From: Elusimicrobiota bacterium
GTDB lineage: Bacteria > Elusimicrobiota > Elusimicrobia > F11
Reading direction: 5' to 3'
Assembly: GCA_046153645.1 (NCBI GenBank)
Contig: JBJXGI010000093.1
Coordinates: 1-33,287 of the forward strand
DNA length: 33,287 nt
Shown: positions 1 through 7,900 of the stretch, piece after piece
Numbering within the stretch: the stretch's first letter is position 1
Layout of the letters: each line of letters begins with the position of its first letter
Made by a program: the position numbers and the translations under genes
The notes under the pieces: model-generated
Database searches by the model: none
The model's input: the letters and a program-made list of their open reading frames with translations, nothing else
Told to the model about the DNA's origin: nothing

Positions 1-1
1 G

Positions 2-1384
2 GGTGGATTGATCCTTACTGGATGGATGAAACCGCTTTGGTATTTGATTGTTTTGCCTGAACAGTTGAACCTGGTTTTTTTCTTGTTAGCGATTCCGGCT
101 ATTTTATTTGGAATTTTTAATTCTAAATTGCGTCCGGTTTTTTTATGGTTCGCTTTTTCTCTGATCTTTTTTAGTTTGATTAATAATCGAAATACGCGTT
201 ATTCATTACCCGCTCTTCCCGCGTTGGCCATTTTGAGTGTGGCATGGATCCCTTCTTTATTTCGATTGTCGTATTATTTTTTGAATACAATCTGTATCGT
301 GTTTTTTGTGATGTTTCAATTTTTCCCGAAGGCCTGGCCTCCCATTAGCCTTGGTCGCTTTACAATCCCTATTATTGATAGATCGCCTGCTTTAGCGGAG
401 AATTGGAGGCATCAAGAAATTATTAATAAAATTTCTGAAAATTTAGATTCACAAAAGAAGTTTTCCAAAGTCGTGTTTGTTTCTAATGCGCCTTTTTTTC
501 ATAGCACTTCCATCAATGTAACAGCACGGACAATGAATATAAAAGATTTTTCATTTCAGGGGCCTGGAAAAAGTCGTTGGTTAGAATTTGCCGATTTTAT
601 TCTTTGGAAAACAGGAGATTTAGGGCCCGCCTTTACAACCGGACAGGTGGGTGTTTGTGCAGAATTTTTATCGAATCCACCTGATTGGTTTTTGAAGTCA
701 TATCAGGTTATTGGTGAATGGGATTTACCCGATCACTCTAAAGCTGTTTTATTTCAATGGAAACCAAAACCCATGCGCATTCCTGATGTGGGGATGCTAA
801 ATTTAAATTTAGGAAAACTCGCGCTCCCTCATATTCAAATGTTTAATGTGAAATTAAGAGCGGTGCCTTTGAACCCTCAGTCCACCGGAGTTGGGAAACT
901 CAAAGAACTTCTTTTTTCTTGTGAATCTGCAAAATATAAAGATTTTACTTTTGATCATGTCTCAATCAAACTTATTAACCCTCAAATGAATCTGCCTTTT
1001 TTTCTTGAAACCCAGGAGGTTTCCCTTGCTTCATTAGAGGCGCTTGAACTGAAGACAACGCTGAGAGATGAAGGGTTGCTTTTTTATGCCAAAAAGAAGT
1101 TGAAATGGTTAAAAGAGCCTCAATTAGAATTTCAGGGAAGTGACATTCATGTTCAGGGATACATAAAAGGTATTCCCGTAAAAATTATAGCCCAAGTAAA
1201 AATAGAAGATAAGGCGCTTCGCCCTTCGATTGTTAATTTGAAATTAGGGCCACTTAGTTTGCCGCACTTCATTTTGAACGGATTGGTTAATCGGTTATTT
1301 TCACTGGCGGCTAATCGAGAAAAACCTTTTGATATTCGAATTCAGTCAATCCATGGATCGGGGTCAAAATTGACAATAGAATAA
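2..1384 (+). CDS. Membrane glycosyltransferase (GT-C/ArnT-like), 5'-truncated by the window, with a C-terminal LmeA/DUF2993-like domain
   Basis: Frame is open from the window start. Multiple TM helices with RYSLPALPALAIL, typical of ArnT/PMT-like enzymes; beta-rich C-terminal region; LPS gene context. Confidence 0.55.
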   Translation, partial: GGLILTGWMKPLWYLIVLPEQLNLVFFLLAIPAILFGIFNSKLRPVFLWFAFSLIFFSLINNRNTRYSLPALPALAILSVAWIPSLFRLSYYFLNTICIVFFVMFQFFPKAWPPISLGRFTIPIIDRSPALAENWRHQEIINKISENLDSQKKFSKVVFVSNAPFFHSTSINVTARTMNIKDFSFQGPGKSRWLEFADFILWKTGDLGPAFTTGQVGVCAEFLSNPPDWFLKSYQVIGEWDLPDHSKAVLFQWKPKPMRIPDVGMLNLNLGKLALPHIQMFNVKLRAVPLNPQSTGVGKLKELLFSCESAKYKDFTFDHVSIKLINPQMNLPFFLETQEVSLASLEALELKTTLRDEGLLFYAKKKLKWLKEPQLEFQGSDIHVQGYIKGIPVKIIAQVKIEDKALRPSIVNLKLGPLSLPHFILNGLVNRLFSLAANREKPFDIRIQSIHGSGSKLTIE

Positions 1385-1413
1385 AGCAGTCTAATTTTGG
1401 TAGGCTTTTTAAA

Positions 1414-2277
1414 ATGAAACGATTAATATTTTCAGCCCTTTTATTTTTACCTGTTTTTTCCTATTCCCAAAAAAAAACTGAAGACCAAGTACAGGTCCTA
1501 GATTCCAATTCTACCGATAAGGATATCTTTAAATCTGAGAATCGGGTTTCTTTTTCAACTCATGTTATCAAAGGCCCTTCCCTTCATCAAACCGCGTTTT
1601 GTGAAGGCGAGAAACTGATTTTTACGATTAAATATGAATTTGTTGGCGCCGGGCAGGCGACAATGGAAGTCAATAATGGTGATCTTTTGAATGGTCGCCC
1701 TACTTATCAATTTGTGTCAACAGCTAAGTCCAATGGGTTTATTGATAAATTTTTTAGAGTGCGGGATTTCAATGCTTCAAGAGTAGACCAACAAACAATG
1801 TATACCTTGTCATTTCATCAGAATCTACAAGAAGGTCATTATAAAGTTATTCGGGATACTCACTATGATTATGCGAATAAAACTTATTATTACAAGCGTC
1901 AGTATAAAGGGAAAAAAAGTGAGAAGTCAGGCCCTGTCGAAAAAGGTGTTCATGATATTTTGTCGGCTTTTTTTGTCGCAAGAACCCTTCCACTGAAGTT
2001 GGGGGAAGAATATAAGATCAGTGTATTTTCTGATGGCGACATGTATGACTTAAACATTCAAGTTCAACCCAAACTCCAAAATATAAAAGTTCCAGCAGGG
2101 AAATTTGAATGTGTGCGTATTGACCCTTTTATTATCGGGGATGGAATTTTTAAAGCCAAAGAAGGTCGAATGTCGATATGGCTTACCAATGATGAAAGAA
2201 AGATGCCTGTTCTTATTCGGTCTAGAGTTCTGGTGGGCGCTTTTGATGCAGAATTATCGGAATATACGCGCCCCTAA
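1414..2277 (+). CDS. DUF3108 domain exported protein
   Basis: Signal peptide; motifs GEKLIFTIKY, IDKFFRVRD, IKVPAGKFEC and WLTNDERKMPV. Confidence 0.8.
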   Translation: MKRLIFSALLFLPVFSYSQKKTEDQVQVLDSNSTDKDIFKSENRVSFSTHVIKGPSLHQTAFCEGEKLIFTIKYEFVGAGQATMEVNNGDLLNGRPTYQFVSTAKSNGFIDKFFRVRDFNASRVDQQTMYTLSFHQNLQEGHYKVIRDTHYDYANKTYYYKRQYKGKKSEKSGPVEKGVHDILSAFFVARTLPLKLGEEYKISVFSDGDMYDLNIQVQPKLQNIKVPAGKFECVRIDPFIIGDGIFKAKEGRMSIWLTNDERKMPVLIRSRVLVGAFDAELSEYTRP

Positions 2278-3264
2278 ATGACTCCTCCTAGAATTATTAT
2301 TCGTTGCCCCAATTGGTTGGGCGATCTTATGATGTCGCTTGGTTTTATCGAGGCGGTTTTACAAAAGTATCCTCAATCACAAATAGATTTAATTGTGAAA
2401 AAAGGTTTTGAATCGCTCTCATTGCCACATCGTGGAGAAATTATTCCTTATGACCGAGAAAAAGATACGTTGATTTCTTTTTCAAGGGGTTTAAGGAAAA
2501 AGCAGTACGATTTTTTTTATGTTTTACCTCCTAGTTTTTCTTCGGCGCTTATGGCGTTTTTATCTGGTGCTAAAATCCGTATTGGGGCCAAGGGAGAGGG
2601 ACGAGGTTTTCTTTTCACAAAGGCCAAAACGCCGCTCACAAAAGACCGGTCTGAGCATCTTTTAAAAGAGTATTTAGACTTGTTGGATCCACCGGTGAGC
2701 GCTGATGTTTATGTTCCTCGTTTACAAAATTCACCTGAATGGATCCAAAAAAACCTTCCAAAATATTTCTCAAATTATAGGTCAAATGAATTTATTGTTT
2801 TGGCCCCTGGTGCTACATTTGGCCCGGCGAAACAATGGCCTGTTCTCTCTTATAAGGAACTGGCTGAAAAATTATCCGCTCATTTTGACATCTTTATTAT
2901 GGGTTCTGCCCAAGAAAAAAAAATGGGGGAAGAAATCGCCGGGACCAATTCAAAAATTAAGAATTTATGTGGGGGCACAAATTTAAACGAGATGATTGCG
3001 ATTTTAAATGAATCAAAATTGCTCATAAGTAATGATTCGGGGGCCATGCATGTCATGGCGGCTTTACAAAAACCGCAGATTGCACTTTTTGGTTCAACCT
3101 CTCCTGTTTGGACAGGACCCTTAAATAAAAATGCTGAAATTATTTATTTAGGATTGGAATGTTCTCCTTGTTTTAAACGTGTTTGTCCACTAACACATAC
3201 CAATTGCCTAAATCAGATTTCAGTAGAGATGGTCTTAAATAAAATTAAAAAATATATTTCATGA
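2278..3264 (+). CDS. waaF: Lipopolysaccharide heptosyltransferase II (GT9)
   Basis: PNWLGD, APGATFGPAKQWP, NDSGAMH, LFGST and CSPCFKRVCP motifs. Confidence 0.9.
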   Translation: MTPPRIIIRCPNWLGDLMMSLGFIEAVLQKYPQSQIDLIVKKGFESLSLPHRGEIIPYDREKDTLISFSRGLRKKQYDFFYVLPPSFSSALMAFLSGAKIRIGAKGEGRGFLFTKAKTPLTKDRSEHLLKEYLDLLDPPVSADVYVPRLQNSPEWIQKNLPKYFSNYRSNEFIVLAPGATFGPAKQWPVLSYKELAEKLSAHFDIFIMGSAQEKKMGEEIAGTNSKIKNLCGGTNLNEMIAILNESKLLISNDSGAMHVMAALQKPQIALFGSTSPVWTGPLNKNAEIIYLGLECSPCFKRVCPLTHTNCLNQISVEMVLNKIKKYIS

Positions 3265-4373
3265 ATTCAAAATCGATAGCAGTTGTCTTTAGAGATTTAA
3301 AACCTATGACGGGCACTTTTACGATCGTCAAAAATGTATTCCCGTTATTGCGAAAAAAAGGATGGGAGATTCATCTCGTCTGTCACAAAACAGATACCGA
3401 ATATTTTAAAAAAATGGGTGTCCATGTTCATAATGTTCCATTTATAAACATTGGCAAATCGGCTCGTCGCTGGTTGTTTGATAAATTGTGCCGTTTAAAA
3501 ATATCTAAAATTAAACCTCAAATTGTTTGGGGGCATGGGGACATTCTCAAGCAAGACATTCTTAGTTTGCACAATTGCGTTCATAAAACATTTGAGTTAA
3601 CGCGTCCAAATGAAAAATTAAAAGAGCAGGGAATGTATGGTTTTCATCGAAAATTATTGGAGAGACAAAATTTTAAACTATTGTTAGCAAATTCGAATTT
3701 GATGAGAAAAGAAGTGGAGGCACGCTTCGATGTTCCTTCATCAAAAATAAAAGTGGTTTATCCTGGCATTGATATCGATCGGATTTCTCAAAACTACACG
3801 ATCATTGAAAAAAATAAAGCCCAAAAAGAATTGGGGCTCCAGTCAGATAAAATTTATTTAGGTTTTGTTACTTCAGGAGATTTTAAAAAACGAGGATTGG
3901 ACCGGCTTATAGATATTCTTCAATCACTCAGTTTAGAAGTAAAAAAACAAGTAGGTGCTTTTGTGGTAGGAAAAGATAAAGAAACGCTTTTTTATCTTGA
4001 AAAAGGGAAAAAGTGTCAGCTCGAAGGCGATTTTTTCATATTTCAACCGAGAGAGTCTCCCCAAATTTTTTATGACGCGCTAGATTTGTTCGTCTACCCT
4101 GCCTATTTTGAAGAATTTGGTTTAGCCCCCTTAGAGGCCGCCGCCAATGGTTTGCCAGTCATCACAACCTGTTTTGTCGGAGCTTCCGAGTTATTGCGCG
4201 ATCATTCTCAGTCCGTGTTATTTCCAGAATACGATTTACTGTCGTTTAAACAGGAAATCGAAAAGAAAATTGAATCTAAAGCTTTTTCCAGAACCACGAG
4301 AGCACAATTCCTGCCTGACGGGCAAGGATACGCAAAGGAAGTGTTGGAACTTTGTGAGTCCTTTATAAGATAA
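3261..4373 (+). CDS. Glycosyltransferase family 4 (LPS core)
   Basis: FKKRGLD and EEFGLAPLEAAANGLPVI GT-B motifs; ATGA overlap with waaF. Confidence 0.85.
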   Translation: MNSKSIAVVFRDLKPMTGTFTIVKNVFPLLRKKGWEIHLVCHKTDTEYFKKMGVHVHNVPFINIGKSARRWLFDKLCRLKISKIKPQIVWGHGDILKQDILSLHNCVHKTFELTRPNEKLKEQGMYGFHRKLLERQNFKLLLANSNLMRKEVEARFDVPSSKIKVVYPGIDIDRISQNYTIIEKNKAQKELGLQSDKIYLGFVTSGDFKKRGLDRLIDILQSLSLEVKKQVGAFVVGKDKETLFYLEKGKKCQLEGDFFIFQPRESPQIFYDALDLFVYPAYFEEFGLAPLEAAANGLPVITTCFVGASELLRDHSQSVLFPEYDLLSFKQEIEKKIESKAFSRTTRAQFLPDGQGYAKEVLELCESFIR

Positions 4374-4380
4374 GTCGACT

Positions 4381-4815
4381 TTATTTATTTTCCGATAACC
4401 ATTTTATACACGGCACTACACGAATTTTAACCCCTTTTTCCTTGATCGATTCTTCAGTATCCATAGTTATGATGGTGAGGTTGGATACGTTTAATTCCAT
4501 AGATGCTTGATGTAATGCGCGTAGTTCTCTCTCACGTGTTTTTAAAGCCGAAAGGTTTTGTGTCACTTGAATGAGTTCAAGATTCTTTGACCCTTGTCTT
4601 AGAAAAAAGTCCACTTCGTTACCAGTGCGTGTTTGATAATAAAAAAGATCAAAATTAGGCTTAAATCCTCGTCGCACCAGTTCGACAAAGACCATGTTTT
4701 CAAGTAAACGAGAGTCGTTAGATGTAACAGATTGATATGTGGCAGAAATAAACCCATTGTCATAAGCGTAAATTTTTCGATCAGCTTTCAATCGCATTCT
4801 CGTTTTGAGAAAATT
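4381..4815 (-). pseudogene. C-terminal DUF4143 fragment of an AAA_14/DUF4143 ATPase
   Basis: KIYAYDNG, LLENMVFVEL and GNEVDF..LIQV motifs. An in-frame stop lies just upstream (4816-4818) and the P-loop half is missing. Confidence 0.75.
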
Positions 4816-4911
4816 TTACAAGTAATTTACTTCTTCTTAAGGCGGAATTAAGCTCCCCATTTTATAATTGAGAGCATGTTAAGAATAATTTATAAACAGA
4901 GAAAACAGCTT

Positions 4912-7900
4912 ATGCGTTCTCGTTTAAATTCGAATTGTTTTATAAGAGTGTTTTTGTCAGTTGTTTTTCTTCTTACCCAAGTTTTATTTGCCCATAGTGC
5001 TGAAACAAGCATTTGGGCTGAAAGAAGAAAAGCTTTGCCAAGTGCCGCTATGACTTTCTTGCCGCCTTTAGGTCAGGTTTGGAAAGATAAAACTCAAGGA
5101 AGCGACGACCACAGAAAAAAATCTTTTTCAGCTTTACTTCCTTTCGGTACCATTCAGAAAATTCAAAACCCCATCCAAAAACCCCAAGGGACGGTTATTT
5201 ATATTCAAGATGTTCATGGCCATCTTGAAGCGCAAAAAAACATTTCTCAAATAATTCTTAAAATTTGGGAACAACACCCCAGCGCTCACCTCGGTTTAGA
5301 AGGGGCAGAAGGGCGCTTTTCGACGGAATCATATAGGCAATTTTCTCCAGATATGAATAAAAAGATGGGGTCATTTTTATTTAATGAGAACTTAATCACA
5401 GGAGCTGAATATGCCGGTTTTGTCACTCCGGAAAATCCAACGATTATTGGAGTGGAAGATGCCAAGTCGTATCTTGAAAATGTCGCAGCGATTAAAAAAG
5501 CGCTCCCTTTGCAAAACGAAGAATTGAAAGTAATAGATCTAGAAAAAAATATCCTGGGTATTCAAAAAGAAAAAGTTTACTCACCCCAACTTTTAGAACT
5601 CGATCAGAAATGGGAAAGCTATCAAAATGGAAATTTAAGTATTGGTGATTATTTAACGGCCCTCACCCTAACCCTCTCCGAGGGGATAATAGAAATTGGT
5701 GTCCCTTCTCCCTTTAGGGAGAGGGTTAGGGTGAGGGTGCCAGAGTCTATCTCTCTTTTCCTCAAAACTTGGCAATTAGAAAAAACTCTTAATTTTGAAA
5801 AAGCAGAACGCGAACGAAATCAGTTTTTATCCCAGTTGGTTGAAAAATTAAATAAATCAGATTTTGATTTTTTAATGGCCCAAAGCCAATTGCTTCGTAT
5901 GGGTGAGATGGCTTACCCTGATTATTACGCCTGGCTTAAAAAAATGGCTTTGGATCATGGGGTTTCTCTGAACCGAACGCCTGAGTTCGATAAATATATT
6001 CATTATGTGCTACAAGCCAATGCCATCGACGCGCAAATATTATTATCCGAAATGTCCCAATTTGAAAAAGAGGTTTGGTTGTCACTTTGTAAAACGGAAA
6101 ATCAAAAAATATTAGTTAAGGATTTTTTTCATCTCCACCTTCAGGAAAAATTAGTGAAGTTAATTTTGACACCATCGGAGTGGGACAACTATAAAAAAGA
6201 CGTACTTGGTCAAGGCGAAAGCGTACTTAGTACTAAGGTTCAGGAACGAAGAACGTCGTTAAGCAGTTTTGAAGACTTTTACAAATTCGCCGAAGCGCGC
6301 GATGAAAAGATGGTTAACAACTTCTTTAAAAACGTACTGAGTACGAAGAACCAAGAACTAAGTACGCCTCTCATTTCCATTCTTGTTACTGGCGGCTTTC
6401 ACTCCTCTGGAATCAGCGATCTTTTACTTAAGAAAAATTTCACTGTTGTTACGGTTACTCCTCACCTTCACATGAATAACCAAAGAAGTTTTGATGATCA
6501 AACTCAAGGGAATGAATACCTTAACGTTTTTACTCGAGAAAAAACGCCACTTGAAAAATTGTTTGAAGCGCCTCAAATTTCACTGGTAGAAACTCTTCGA
6601 ACAAACCCCATACCTGGCACAGGAATCTCTCCTCTCAATAAATCTGAAGGATATAGAAATTTAAAATTATTTTTAGAAAAAGGTTGGGTTGTCCAAGACC
6701 CGCAAAGCGGGGAGTGGATTGCCACCAAAAATCACTCCTGGGCCAAAGCGGGAACAAAAATTCAAGACGATGCCACTATCTTAAGTGCAGTTCAACGGGA
6801 GTGGTGGCGAAGCGTTTTTATTATGGCAATTCCGGCTGTTGCTGCTGTTTTCCTCGGGCCTTTGCATATGACAATTTCTCCTTCATTCGTTGTGGGGTTT
6901 GGGTTATTGGCCAGTGGAATTTTCATTGTGGCAACTCATCTCCAGTCGCATAGCCTTAAAGGTTTGATAAAGCTATTTGTCAATTCGTCTCCTCTTATTA
7001 CTCTGTTAAGTGTCCTGGCCTTTTGGGAAACCATTCTTTCTTTTAATCAAGTTAGTTGGAGTACTATTGTTGCGGCGACTCTGACGGGGCTCGTTGCCTA
7101 TAACCTTCTTCATTTTATTTGGGATAGGCTCGCCATACTTTTCCCGCAGTTGGGGTTGGCGCCGATGTCGGCGGAAGTTTCTTATGTAGAGTTTAAAACG
7201 AAATTTAGAAACCGTTTCGAAGTTTTATTTGAGGCTTGGTTAGGTAAATCAGGAAAACGCGGGAAAACTTATCTCGACAGTTCTGAAGAGATATTAAGCG
7301 ATGTGTTGACTTTAAACCCACATATTAATTTAGAAGAGGCCACCCTGGTTGAGATAAAAGGCATTCCACATGTTATCTATTTGGTGGGGAAAAACGTGGA
7401 AAACTCCAATCAAATAATTATTTTTGAGTTCAATATTGAATCTGCTGGAAGTAAAACTGAAACCACTATTAACCAGCGAATTCAAGCATTAGATAACCCA
7501 GTGAGATTAAAAAATTATGATTGTATCTTAACCCCAACAAGTGAATTGCGCATGTGGAGTTTTGATAATACCGTTAGAGATATCCACGATTTGGTGACAA
7601 AAACACTAAAGCTGTCTGACACCAACCATCCCGCGCATATGGTTTATGAAAAAGGAATTTCTTCCTTCACGCCTGCTCCAGAACCCATTCCAATGAAAGG
7701 GGGAAAAATACCTCGAGAGTTAAAAAAGGTTGATGAAAAAAAAGAATTAGGTCTATTTCCATTAAAGATAAGTGGTTTTAGGCAAAATATTTTCTTGATA
7801 TATGAAGATATTCTTAAGCCAAAAGGAGATGTTACGTCTGCTCAATTTGTTCTGATAGGGATGTTATTGCATGCCTACAGTTTAGACCCCAAAGAAATTA

